NCBI GenBank assembly: GCA_964019425.1
Contig: OZ025782.1
Location: forward strand, 372,001 to 436,000
Direction of reading: 5' to 3'
Length of the DNA: 64,000 nucleotides
Origin: Flectonema sp. DT1601
Lineage: Eukaryota
The notes under the pieces are model-generated. The model was not told the DNA's origin. It worked only from the letters and a program-made list of their open reading frames with translations, and did not search any database. Position 1 is the stretch's first letter, and each line of letters starts with the position of its first letter. The translations under genes were made by a program, and so were the position numbers. This document shows, in pieces, positions 25,697 through 37,343 of the stretch.

Positions 25697-27586
25697 CTAC
25701 AAAACCGAGGTATTTATCCTCACAATGGAACTACTCACAATGCTGTTGTTAACTAAAACAGTCTCCTTGCTGTCCCTGCTTCCAATTGGAAACATTGAAG
25801 AGTAGGCATCGCCATTTCCAGAATCATACTCTGGTGGTGTTTCAACAACTATTGATTTTACTTTCGATAATTGAATTTCATGAGATAGTTCAACTGAATT
25901 ATTAAAACTGATATCCCAAAACATTCTTTGAAGTCGAACACGTCTACCACATGCGAAAATATAAATTTCAGTTCCGAGGTCTGCTAAGACCTTCAGTAAC
26001 AATACGACAGAACACGCCAACATCAACATGTCAGCGGATCTGAATAATGAATTTTTTAAAACTCCATAATAACCGAAAGCCATAAGAACCAAGGCAGTTA
26101 ACTGCATTCCAGTTAGGACAAATGAAACCACAGAATCACGAGAACGAGCATGAGGCCATGACCAACCCTCCACAACGAGAAGTATCAAAAATATAAATGC
26201 CTGAGCGAGTCTAACGTGTCCGCATCCAACTGAATTTTGCGGCGTTAAAACAGAACAACATGCGACAGCAACCTGAGATGCGAAATCGATAAGAGGAAAC
26301 CAAACACGTTCTTGTTGATATGACCGAATGAAAGAAGCGTATTTCTGAACCCAATGGTTATCCTCAAATCGACTAACCCACTCACCTGGTCCGACTATCG
26401 ATTCTAACCAATAGCTGTTCATCCTTTCAGGATCCGCAGCATAAAATCCTAAGTAAGGAATACCTCTATGAACAATCCTAGTAACAACAACAGGTAATGC
26501 CACATAAATCAGTAACGTCACGAAACCAAAACAAAAATAAAAAACACTCGGTGGATGAGCTATGATGAGCACAGCAGACAAGACGGTACCCTGATACAGG
26601 AACTGAAATATGAATAAGGCTGATGAGGGGAATCGTAAGAATCCTTCGGGATCGTTGTGGTTGTATAAATCGTTTTTAATTTTTGAAGGACCGAATCTTT
26701 TCAGTAAAACTGATGCGACTTTCATGAGAACGGAAAAACAGACCATGAGGGAGAAGTTTCCAACAATAGCGGCGAGGGGATGGCTGCCGTCGATTCGAAA
26801 GCGAAGGGGGTGGAATTGGAATTTCAGCTCATCAAATTTTCCGTGTTCACAAGGACCACTAAGTAATGACATTCTCATCGCCGTACCAACAGATCCTGCG
26901 GAGAGTAACCCGCCTATGGCTGCAGCCTGTGTTGAAACTCTAATCATTTCCTCATTCTCTGTTAACATTTTATCATTCATCTCTGAAGGAGGACTACCTG
27001 GTGATACAGTCGGAGACGCAGTCTCATCAACTGGAATAGCTGTTGAATAAGACTTTGGTACGTCTGATGGAATCGACGTCGGTACAGATGTCGGGATTGC
27101 CGTGGTTGGCACTACAGTTGGGACAGCAGTCGGAATCGATGTTGGGACCACAGTTGGAATGGACGTTGCTGGCACTGCAGTCGGGACTGCCATTGGCACA
27201 GCCGTTGGTATAGCAGTCGGAATCGCTGTTGGCGGGACAGCAGTCGGAATAGCTGTTGGAATCGCTGTTGTTGGGACAGCAGTCGGGACAGCAGTCGGAA
27301 TCGCTGTTGGAATTGCAGTTGGAACTGCCGTTGGAACTGCCGTCGGATAAACACATCTATTGTTAAGATAATTAACAACTTTATTGGGATACTCATCAGC
27401 GCAAGTTGTACACGATGCCACACAATTATCTATTACACACCAATCACCTACACAAGTGTATCCTAGACCCGCCCACCCAACACAATTTGGAAAACTAGGA
27501 ACATGTGCCTCATAGCATAGCGATTGCGCCGAAAGAAGCAGCTGCATTACTAATACCAACGATGTTATGGAGAAATTAAAAAACAT
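25697..27586 (-). CDS. Paralog of the PTAI mucin-stalk multi-pass membrane protein (short stalk)
   Basis: Shares the Cys-rich head and the motifs FHPL, NDPEGFLRFPS, GPGEWVSR.EDNHWVQKY, CGHVR and WPHAR. Likely start MFFNFSIT at 27586. Confidence 0.9.
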   Translation of the reverse strand: MFFNFSITSLVLVMQLLLSAQSLCYEAHVPSFPNCVGWAGLGYTCVGDWCVIDNCVASCTTCADEYPNKVVNYLNNRCVYPTAVPTAVPTAIPTAIPTAVPTAVPTTAIPTAIPTAVPPTAIPTAIPTAVPMAVPTAVPATSIPTVVPTSIPTAVPTVVPTTAIPTSVPTSIPSDVPKSYSTAIPVDETASPTVSPGSPPSEMNDKMLTENEEMIRVSTQAAAIGGLLSAGSVGTAMRMSLLSGPCEHGKFDELKFQFHPLRFRIDGSHPLAAIVGNFSLMVCFSVLMKVASVLLKRFGPSKIKNDLYNHNDPEGFLRFPSSALFIFQFLYQGTVLSAVLIIAHPPSVFYFCFGFVTLLIYVALPVVVTRIVHRGIPYLGFYAADPERMNSYWLESIVGPGEWVSRFEDNHWVQKYASFIRSYQQERVWFPLIDFASQVAVACCSVLTPQNSVGCGHVRLAQAFIFLILLVVEGWSWPHARSRDSVVSFVLTGMQLTALVLMAFGYYGVLKNSLFRSADMLMLACSVVLLLKVLADLGTEIYIFACGRRVRLQRMFWDISFNNSVELSHEIQLSKVKSIVVETPPEYDSGNGDAYSSMFPIGSRDSKETVLVNNSIVSSSIVRINTSVL

Positions 27587-29035
27587 CTTTTTTTTTTTTT
27601 GAGAAAACAAAATCTCTTTCTTATGTAACGATATCTCAGTTATGCCATTTACAGTTCGGAAGGGAGGGATGAAAATCTATTTTTTTTGAGAATTGAAATT
27701 AAATATTGTTTGTTTGTATTTTTGAAGCCAACGAAATACTCCCACAGATCTTGTTTTTATGTCATTTTTGCATGCCTTTTTTTGAAAGAATTAAAATTAA
27801 TTACATAAATACGATGTGGAACTCACTAATGTAACAAGATAGGACTGTTATGGATTTTTTAATTTTTCCCCCTTATTGAGTAATTATGAATTGTAAACAA
27901 AAACAACTGCTTACTTCCTGAAATAAACCAACGCTGTTGTTGAACAAAAGCGAACGAGAAAGGGAAAAAAAAATCAAATAAATAAAAATGGGAGTTGGAA
28001 GCACTCTTTGGTAATTTTGGCTTGTACAAAAGCACTTCTTTTTTTTCTTCTTTTCTTTTTTGTCTTTTTTCTATTGTTTCCTTCGTCAAAAATGTGAGTC
28101 TTTTTTTTTTTTTTTTTTAATATTCCTTTTCCTATATCACTTCTTCTTCTTGTTTGTTTGTTTTTTTCCCCCCCGTTTTGAATTAAAGGGGAAAAAAAAA
28201 AAAAAGACAACGATCCTCCTCCGAGAAGTCGTGTTTTTTTTATTTTTTCTTTCCGCTGCCAAACAAAGAAGAAGAAGCAAAAAAAAAATTCAAAAAAAAG
28301 AAATTTACAGGAAAACCTGTAGTTTATGTAAGAACTGCCTCAAGCTAGTTCTCAAAAAAAGAAAAAAAAGGAAAAAAAAAAGAAAAAGGGTAAAGGAATC
28401 ACTAAGTTTTTTTTTTAAAAAAAAAAAAAGAAGAAAAAAAAAAATATAAAAAAAACATCAACTGTTTTTCTTTTCTTTTCTTTTTTTTTTCAGAAAACAA
28501 ATTAAAGCAATGCAGGTGTATAAAATTGAAAACCAACATTTTTTTTTTTTTTTTTCTTTCACGCAAGTCTTTTTCAAACCGTCACGGCAGAATCATACTG
28601 CCGTGTTCATCTTTATCTTATATTTTTTTTTTCTTTTTTTTTTTTTTTTTATTGCAATGTATTCTCTTTTTTTATGACCCTTTCTTTGCTTATTTTAATA
28701 CTAAAAAAAAAACGGGCGCAACTAGTCCACACAGCGGAGGCTATAGCGTCTCCAAGGGAGGATGGCCAAGACCCGAATGGGAGCAAAGGGGTGAGCAGAG
28801 GAAACAATTGCAAAAAAAGGGACAAAAAAAAAATAAATAACGAAAGAAATCGATAATAAAGCGGAAATAAATGAAATAAATAAGCACTCAGGGTTAAATA
28901 TAATGAATAGTATTCTCTTTTAAAAATTTTTTTTTTTGGTTTTTTTTTTCGGCTTTTAAAAAAAAAAAAAAAAAAAAACACGTTTTCGCATTAAGTACGC
29001 ACTGTAAGGTATTAATTCAGCCTCAATCTAAAACC

Positions 29036-31150
29036 TTAAAGCTCCAGTGGAAGCAAATCGTAAGCAGTCTTTCCAAGTTTAGTGTGCTGAGTTGAGTTTT
29101 TTTTTTTTTTTTTTTTTGTTATTATTCAGAACACAAGAAATATCACATCATAGTAATAAATAAAATAAAAATAAAAAAAAACTCATACCAGAGCCTTAGT
29201 CTTGGCAGCAACATTCTCCTTAGTAAATCCAAAGTGTTTGTAGATTTGAGGGGCTGGGGCTGATGCTCCGAAGGTTGACATTCCCATGTGGTAATGGCAG
29301 TAGCGTTCCCAACCAACTGACGAGTATACTTCTAACCCAAGAACTGGAGTTCCTTGTGGGAATAAAGATTTCTTGTATGATGCAGGCTGGGCATCGTATA
29401 ACTGTGTGCATGGCATTGATACTACCGCAACCTTTAATCCCTCAGTAAGTTTAGCTCCATCAATAGCGAGAGATACTTCAGTACCTGTTGATACGATAAT
29501 TACATCGGCAGTAGAGACATCACCAAAGCAGCAGTATGCTCCCTTACGTACATTATCAACAGTTGAGGTTGTCAACATTGGAACAGCCTGTCTTGAAAGT
29601 GCTAAGATTGAAGTTCTGTTTCTCGTCTCAATCGCGATGATGTATGCAGCAGTAGTTTCAGTCTGGTCACATGGTCTGAAAAATAAAATATTTGGAGTAG
29701 CACGGATGAGAGCAGCGATCTCAATAGGCTGATGAGTTGGTCCATCTTCACCAACACCAATACCATCGTGAGTAGCAATGTGGATGGTACCGCATTCAGA
29801 AAGAGCTCCAACACGGACTGCTCCCCAAGCGTATGTGACAAAGTTGAAAAAGGTTGCGCAGAAAGGGATGAGAACACCCTTTCCGAAACAACTGATACCG
29901 TTACTGATGGCAGTCATTGCGTGTTCACGTACTCCAAAACGGATATATCTTCCAATGAAGTCACCTGGTCTGATATCTTCAGAACCAGCTGTCTTGGTTA
30001 AGTTCGAAGGTGCTAAGTCAGCACTTCCTCCGATCATGTTTCCGACCTTTGGAAGAACTGCTTCCAAAACATTTTGAGAACACTTTCTGGTAGCGATAGA
30101 TTCTCCTTCCTTTGACATTGGGAGTTCAGAGTCCCAACCTGCAGGAAGTCTTCCCTCAAGGTATTGTGTCAGTTCTTTACCTTCTTCAGAGAACTGTCCG
30201 CAGTACTTTGCGAGAAGGGAGTCCCACTCAGTTTTGATGGATCTGTTCTTCTTGATAGCAGCTCCGTATGTTGACTTCACATCATCTCCAATTTGGAACT
30301 TGGCATCGACATCCAGTCCAGCCTTAGCCTTTAACTGTTTAATGTCATCAGCAGCAAGAGGTGCTCCATGAACCTTAGCAGTTCCCTGAAGCTTGCTACC
30401 GTAACCGATGGTGGTCTTCAATAAAATCATTGATGGCTGAGTTGTGTTTGCTCTGCACTCATTCAAAGCTTTCTCCATTGCTTCTAAGTCAGTGTTTCCA
30501 TCAACGACAGTAACAGTGTGCCAGTTTAATGCTTGATACTTGTCGGATACCTTCTCAGAGTATGACAGGGAAGTTGGTCCATCGATTGTGATTTCATTGT
30601 CGTCATAAACGACGATCAGTTTTCCCAAACCTAAATGACCAGCAAGAGAGACGGCCTCACATGAAACACCCTCCTGAAGACAACCATCACCACAGAAGAC
30701 GTAGGTAAAGTTGTTGAATATTTCAAATCCTGGCTTGTTGAAACGAGCAGCTAAATGAGCCTGTGCCAAGGCTAATCCAACACCCTGACCAATACCCTGT
30801 CCAAGTGGACCAGTAGTAACTTCAATTCCCGGGTGACCAGGTAGGGCTTCTGGATGCCCAGGCGTCTTGGATCCAAGCTGTCTGAATCTCTGAAGTTGTT
30901 CTACAGGCAAATCGTATCCACACAGATGAAGCATTGAGTACAACAATGCACATCCGTGACCGTTACTCAGAACAAATCTGTCTCTGTTCATCCAGGTTGG
31001 TGACTCTCCATCAAAATGTAAAAATCTCGTGAACAAAACATGAGCAATCGGAGCCATTCCAAGTGGTGCTCCAGGATGACCAGAGTTGGCCCCGGCAACG
31101 ATATCAGCCGCAAGACACCTGATGGTGCCGATACACATTGCGTCAGTCAT
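29036..31150 (-). CDS. TKT: Transketolase; exons 29189-31150 and 29036-29086
   Basis: Motifs SGHPG, NRDRFVLSNGH, GDGCLQEG, FGVREHAM and GEDGPTHQP. A predicted GT-AG intron at 29087-29188 adds the C-terminus HTKLGKTAYDLLPLEL*. Confidence 0.97.
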
Positions 31151-31962
31151 TTTTTTTTTTTTTTTTTTTTTTTTGTTAGCCTAAATACCTGTTGAATTAG
31201 TATCGTTTAATACAGTCACTCGCTACATTCCTCAAAAAATAAAACGCGATAAGAGTCACGATGACATGTTGTGTTGAAGCTGAATAATAATATGTTTCAA
31301 AAGAATAAGAATCCGTTTTAATTTTTTTTTTTTTTTTTGTTTGCCACACACTGAACGAATTGGGAAGGCACCAAAGAGAAAAAGAAAAAAAAAAAAAATG
31401 CGATCTGCAAAAAAAAATATGTTTGTTAAAAAAAAAAAAAAGAAAAATATTAAAATGGTGTTCCTTTTTTTCTTTCTCACGAGTTTTTTTTTTTTTTTTT
31501 CAAAGGCAAGAAAGTACATCAGAAAATCCGTAGATACTTCAAATTGTGAACTTCTAATTCTGTTGAAATGAACAAATTCAAATGTAAAAAATATATTTTT
31601 TAAAAAAAAAAAAAACGAAAACGGCATTCATAGTATTGCCGATTATAATGTTAACCTGTTACTAGTTTTTTTTTTTTTTTTTTTCCCTTCTCTCCCCCCC
31701 TCAGAAATGCTAAAGTATCTTTATGTTTTTTATGATACAACACAGTTGTAGTTTTTTAAAAAATCGAACATACAACTCCCCCTCAGTCTGTGAGGGAAAC
31801 TAAAAATTTGTGAATGAGTTTCCTGCTCACACAAGAGAGAAGGAAAAAAAAAAAAGAAAGGGGGGAAAAAAAAGTTCGTTTGCGCCATCGCAAAAACGAC
31901 TACAATTATGTGTCGGTCGATTCAGTTTTTTTGTTTTTTTTTTTTAACTCTTGGGGAAAAGG

Positions 31963-31997
<35 letters not shown>

Positions 31998-32073
31998 GGG
32001 TTCACCGCATGCCGCGTCTACAACAAAGTATTACAACCGGAAAAAACTAAATCAAAATATAACAAAATCACAA

Positions 32074-35000
32074 TTAGATAGCCTCAGTTGCCAATGGATC
32101 GATATGTTTTGCTTTCGATGCCTTCAAAGTTGCGGACAGAGACTGTCCTATCGGAAGCCTAACAATGCTACCCGAAAGGGTACCAACTTTAAGAGCCGTT
32201 CTCATTACAGAACATTGAAAATGACTCAAACTACTTCCTGTGTAATGCTTGAGTGATAGAACCCCTGTGGCCCATGATGTGTATGGGAAGGCTGATCCCT
32301 TAGGAGGAGTGCTCTTAATAGAAAAGGTCATGAATTGTCTTTTTAAAAACTCTTCTGTGTTAGTGATCAAATGAACTGGTGCTGTAGATTCTTCTTCCTT
32401 CGCTATGTACGCCTTCTTTGTTTCACACCAGGACAACTTAACATTAATAGCCGATCCCTCCATGTACGGTGTTAGGATTGCGATGGTTAAAGAAGAAGAA
32501 AGATGTTTGACAACCTCAGCGTGAATCACTTTTAATGTCAGACCTACAAAGAAGTAATTCGTAGGTTTTGGTTTATTCTGTACTAAGGAACCTAAGTAAG
32601 GTCTGTAAGTTGACAATGCTGTTGCAAATATAGTAGCAGAACGACCACAAACAGGAGTTGTAGTGTAAGTTATAGGATGGAATGATGATGGTCTTGCAGC
32701 CTTAACAAAACACCTAATTGACGTCGTTTTAAACGTTTCTTGTTTTGAAACAGATGGTTCCGTAAACTGGGTCATAACGTTTCCAGCAGTTATTTCATTG
32801 GTGAGTTCATCTGTGGCGTCGTGAGGGGTTCCTCCGTAGCCCAAAGTTCCCAACCAAATCACAAAATCAAATCTGTGTGAAAATTCAAGTCTCAAATCAC
32901 CTATGTCAATCTTTCTCATTATCGTTGCGATTTTATGATTTTTTTGAGCCGTTGACAACGACGGATTGATCCCAGCCATTACCAACGCCAACGTTGATTC
33001 TCCATATCTCATAAACAATCCTACCACAGTCGTATTACTGTCTCTCAACTCGATGGCTTCCATGTTTCCAACCTTACTGATGTGTCGTTTTCTAGCGAGT
33101 GCTAATACCACTGCCTTTGATCCTCCCAAGTTGGTACTTAAAAACGGATGTAAATCGGTTCCATCACAATACGTTTTAAAAAACTTAACCAACTCATAAG
33201 GTGATGTTTGATATAATTCTGGAATGTCACTCAAACAAATAAAATGAATATCATACTTGCTGGGTCTTGGTAAGAATGCATGTAACGATTTCGGATCAGA
33301 TGTTGTTAGAACCTTACCTCCCAAAGACATTGAACAAGTCCACACTGTTAACATTTCTATTGGATCGCGTGTTAAGTGAAGGTTCGCAACGCCAGATATT
33401 TCTTTATGTTTCTTTGACGTGCCTATTAGATTAACGCTGACTGCTGTGTGTGATTTTGGAACCAAATCTGGCAACCAACAAATATGTCTTCTCGTAGCCC
33501 ATGCCAACTCATAAAAACGCTGTCTTGCTTCTGATGATCCAAACTGCAACACATACGGATGAGGTGCCTTGTAGAATGATAATCTCAATTGTTTATTATG
33601 AGTGTAAAGTTTTTCTATTCTAAACAAGTGATTGCAAGGATACACTTGAGTAGCTCTGCCAGATGACAAGTTTGAAAATTGCCTCTTAAAGAAATCTAAA
33701 ACCCAAACACGATTTTTAGCATTTCCTGTTTTTCCATACTTCGGATTAATCTTCAGAACCTTAAATCCCGAAAGTAAAGCTCCATGACCCTCAACAGAAG
33801 AGATGTCAATACGAATTGGGTTATTAGTAGAGCCGTAGTTGTTGTCCTTTTTAGTGCGTTTCGCAGCTGTTGTCGATGCTGGTTTTTGTCCTGAAACTGG
33901 TTCTGGACCATATCTCGCAACCAATGCTTGAAATAACTGATTTTCGATTCCTTGGAAGTTGTCGAGAAGTTGAGAAACATTTTCTTTCTTACGGCGTTGT
34001 TGATAATGAGCAAAAAATCTTGCCAAACGAGCTTCCCAATAACGCCTGTCAGTTGCTGGTCCTTCTTTACGAACAGCTCTTGGACTTCCCTCAAGAGGGT
34101 GATGATCAACATCAGCAAAACCTTCATTGTCAATAAAAGGAGGTGGTCCCCTACCAGATAAAACTGGTCCCCAAAACCAATGTCCATTCTTAAGAGTACT
34201 AATACCATCCTTTGGAGGGCTTGATAACAACGGAGGTTCAGCTCCTTGATACATGTTGCAACAACTTGTGATGATGCAGTGATTCTTAACCTCGCTGAAC
34301 TTCTTTATGATGTCAGGAATAGTTTCAATTCTCTTTTTGTTATAGAACGAATAAAAGTTTGATAATCTGGTTACCATGTCCTCATCACCAAACGGCAATG
34401 CTGGCAACGCCCCTCCGAGAGACTCTGCCAATTTTTTACAATAATTTGGATCGTTTTCAGAATCCCGTAAGTGTCTGAGAATCAGAGGATTTCCTTCCTT
34501 CGTTAGTTGCATTGGCGTGTTAAAGAGAACAGTGTTCCATATCTCAAGTCTTTTTGCGATCGGGTAATCACTTTCTGATTTATCCTTTACAGGAGATGAT
34601 GATGCTTGTGTTGGTGGTGTTGAAGGCTTGATTTCAACTTCTTTTTGTGTCTCGAGATTATCACCGAGGAGAGCACCAAGAATGTCTTCACTTTCATCAT
34701 CAGATTCGTATCCAGCGCTGTTATCGATGTCGACTGCTCCTGAAATGGTTTGAGATTTTGATGGTGCGGCAGCTTCGTCGTCATCACTTCCAAGAAGCTC
34801 ATCGAGAGCATCTTTTTCTGAATGTTCTGCTTCAGATGAACCGTCCTCGAGGAGGTTGTCTAGTTCGTCTTTATCTTCATCAGATCCAACTAAGTCGTCT
34901 AACATGTCATCAATTGCGTCTCCGTCTTTTTGTTTATCATCAACGTCATCGTCGTCATCACCAAGGATTTCATCAAGTAGTCGATCAGCTTCTTCCCTGT

Positions 35001-37107
35001 TATCAGATTCTACTCTTTTATTAGATGTGGTGTTGTCATCAGAGTGATCACTGAGTAGTTCATCAAGAAGGTCATCATCCTCATCATCAGAAGGTGGGTT
35101 AGGCATTGGACTCATATCTCTTCCAGGTGAAGGAGAGCTGTCGACTAATCCCTCAGTTGGTTGCGATGGAAGAATTAGTTCTCTTTGAGCTGATCCACCT
35201 CTTGTTGGTGATGAAGGTTGTAACTCATCAGGTTCTCTGACTAAGGCAGCAGCTGTTGCTGCGGTGTTAGTTCTGATGTTATCGTCTTCTGTTTCTGGTA
35301 TTGATTTCCCTTCACGTGATTCCAGTCGAAGTAGAAGAGCAGTCCAAACATCAGTACTCTCAATTCCTTCACCAAGTTGATCATAAACCATGGCCATGTC
35401 TTTAACTGTCAGGTGTGACATTAGTTCCTTCTCTCGATGTGAAATCGAAGGAACATGAAGGGTTTCTAAAAGAGCGACGACTTTGTATGATAATTGTTGA
35501 TCCAGTGCAATGTTGTTCGATTTTTGTTTTTCTTCTTCTTTACGACGTCGATGAGACTCAACTTCAGTAGTCATGACTGCCATCTGTTGTCTCAGTTGTT
35601 GTAATTCAGTCTCAGTCGCTCGAGTTGCAGCAGATGGGGCGGAAGCAGTTGGTGTCGATTGCATTAATTTGATTTTAGATTCATACTCCGATTCCTTTAA
35701 TTTCATTTCAGATATAATCGATTCAACTTCACTATCTTTTTGTTGTAAACGTTGCTGCAAATCAGCGAGTTCAGCACTTTGCTTTGATCTAGCAAGCATC
35801 AATCCGTCAACCTCAGCCTGTAGGTATTGCTTTTGTTGAATAGCGTCAGCTGCTTCGTCTCCTTTCTTAGCCATTAACTCTTTGGCATGTTTTATTTTTT
35901 CTTCCCAAGACATCTGTAGTTGATTCATTAAGTGTTTATTTTGTTCAAGTTCTTGTTTACCATCTTGATTCTGTAGTTTGTCTTGAAGTCGAGAAATCTC
36001 ATCTTTCAAAGCCAACACTAAAGCATTATTAGCATCTTCATTTATGATGGCTTTGTTCACAATCTTTTTTGCCCGTTCAGCATATCGTAATGTTGACATC
36101 GTTTCTTCATAATTGTCAGATGCAGGACTGACGGTGGCAATCATCATTGTCTTGCTGTTTCCTCCCAAATTATCCTTCAAAATCCATGTAAGGATTGAGT
36201 CTCTGTATGGAATGTGTTTTCTACCAGTGGTGGCAATGTCAGCCAATGCTGATATAACCTGCCCGAGGGTGGTGAGTGACTTGTTGATGTTTGAGCCTTC
36301 CAGAAGCCTTGTTCCAGTTGCTTGTGTTTTTGAAATCCGTTCACTGCCTGCTAAGTCGACGAGGTTTAGACGAGCAGTTTTCGATGACAGAACTTCATTA
36401 CTCCCTTCCATTAAAATCTCTTGCGTAACTGTAAGTTGAAATAGAGCATGTGATCTAGAACTGTGTGTGTTCATGTTAGTCGCTGCCGTCGTTCTTAACT
36501 TATTACCATCATGCATAACTCTGAATACTTCTTGGTGACTCCCAACTGCCATCTCTGTTAAGGCTTCAACGTATGGTCCGGTCTCAGGGTGTTCTCTTAC
36601 TTTTAATGAACTGCCATCAAGTGCTGGATTTAATAAACAACGAACTCTTTCGTTGTATATTTCCATGTAGGATGCTTTGACGTCGAACTTTACTAAACTA
36701 GATTTTTGTTTGTCAATGTCGTTGAAGATCTTGTGTGTTATTCTTGGTATCAATCCGATCTCTGTGTGTTCTGCTGTGTCTCCAAACATTGTGTAACTCT
36801 TTCCAGAACCAGTTTGTCCGTATGCAAACACACAAACGTTGAAACCTTCAAAACAAGAATCAACAACAGGAATACCAATCTCTTTAAAGACATGTTGTTG
36901 GGTTGCGAATGTCGTCTGCGATGCTCTCTCTTTCAAACTCCACAAAGTATGATCATAATTAAATTTATGAGTAAACGATCCATTAGTGTGAGGAACTCTC
37001 ACGGTTAATTCATTACTTCGGCAACTCAGAATTACTTCACTTCCTTCCTTTTCTTCTTTTTCAACAATCGGACGAACCCTCACCGCCACCTTCACAGATG
37101 ATGACAT
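32074..37107 (-). CDS. Kinesin (kinesin-3-like motor) with coiled coil, acidic linker and C-terminal PH-like / degenerate inositol 5-phosphatase / C2-like module
   Basis: Motor motifs GQTGSGKS, SSRSHA, LVDLAGSE, VREHP..GPYVE and HIPYRDSILTWILKDNLGGNSKT. The tail assignment is by motif resemblance only. Confidence 0.93.
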   Translation of the reverse strand: MSSSVKVAVRVRPIVEKEEKEGSEVILSCRSNELTVRVPHTNGSFTHKFNYDHTLWSLKERASQTTFATQQHVFKEIGIPVVDSCFEGFNVCVFAYGQTGSGKSYTMFGDTAEHTEIGLIPRITHKIFNDIDKQKSSLVKFDVKASYMEIYNERVRCLLNPALDGSSLKVREHPETGPYVEALTEMAVGSHQEVFRVMHDGNKLRTTAATNMNTHSSRSHALFQLTVTQEILMEGSNEVLSSKTARLNLVDLAGSERISKTQATGTRLLEGSNINKSLTTLGQVISALADIATTGRKHIPYRDSILTWILKDNLGGNSKTMMIATVSPASDNYEETMSTLRYAERAKKIVNKAIINEDANNALVLALKDEISRLQDKLQNQDGKQELEQNKHLMNQLQMSWEEKIKHAKELMAKKGDEAADAIQQKQYLQAEVDGLMLARSKQSAELADLQQRLQQKDSEVESIISEMKLKESEYESKIKLMQSTPTASAPSAATRATETELQQLRQQMAVMTTEVESHRRRKEEEKQKSNNIALDQQLSYKVVALLETLHVPSISHREKELMSHLTVKDMAMVYDQLGEGIESTDVWTALLLRLESREGKSIPETEDDNIRTNTAATAAALVREPDELQPSSPTRGGSAQRELILPSQPTEGLVDSSPSPGRDMSPMPNPPSDDEDDDLLDELLSDHSDDNTTSNKRVESDNREEADRLLDEILGDDDDDVDDKQKDGDAIDDMLDDLVGSDEDKDELDNLLEDGSSEAEHSEKDALDELLGSDDDEAAAPSKSQTISGAVDIDNSAGYESDDESEDILGALLGDNLETQKEVEIKPSTPPTQASSSPVKDKSESDYPIAKRLEIWNTVLFNTPMQLTKEGNPLILRHLRDSENDPNYCKKLAESLGGALPALPFGDEDMVTRLSNFYSFYNKKRIETIPDIIKKFSEVKNHCIITSCCNMYQGAEPPLLSSPPKDGISTLKNGHWFWGPVLSGRGPPPFIDNEGFADVDHHPLEGSPRAVRKEGPATDRRYWEARLARFFAHYQQRRKKENVSQLLDNFQGIENQLFQALVARYGPEPVSGQKPASTTAAKRTKKDNNYGSTNNPIRIDISSVEGHGALLSGFKVLKINPKYGKTGNAKNRVWVLDFFKRQFSNLSSGRATQVYPCNHLFRIEKLYTHNKQLRLSFYKAPHPYVLQFGSSEARQRFYELAWATRRHICWLPDLVPKSHTAVSVNLIGTSKKHKEISGVANLHLTRDPIEMLTVWTCSMSLGGKVLTTSDPKSLHAFLPRPSKYDIHFICLSDIPELYQTSPYELVKFFKTYCDGTDLHPFLSTNLGGSKAVVLALARKRHISKVGNMEAIELRDSNTTVVGLFMRYGESTLALVMAGINPSLSTAQKNHKIATIMRKIDIGDLRLEFSHRFDFVIWLGTLGYGGTPHDATDELTNEITAGNVMTQFTEPSVSKQETFKTTSIRCFVKAARPSSFHPITYTTTPVCGRSATIFATALSTYRPYLGSLVQNKPKPTNYFFVGLTLKVIHAEVVKHLSSSLTIAILTPYMEGSAINVKLSWCETKKAYIAKEEESTAPVHLITNTEEFLKRQFMTFSIKSTPPKGSAFPYTSWATGVLSLKHYTGSSLSHFQCSVMRTALKVGTLSGSIVRLPIGQSLSATLKASKAKHIDPLATEAI

Positions 37108-37311
37108 TGCCGTTTCAAAATAAAATAAAAGTCAAACTAATTAAAAACTATTTTTTTTTCTCGCCTGTGGAAGGAATGGTATTTTCGTAATGTATCTACT
37201 CTGCGGTATTAAAAATTACTTTTCCTTTCCCCCATTTTCTCATCATCAGTTACCGTGTAGGAAGTCAGTCAATCATTAAGGACTGTCGAGAGAGGAGAAA
37301 AATAGTTTGCG

Positions 37312-37343
<32 letters not shown>

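Noticed and set aside
29036..29188. Peroxisomal/glycosomal PTS1 on transketolase
   Set aside because: Neither predicted C-terminus (ALV unspliced, LEL spliced) fits PTS1.
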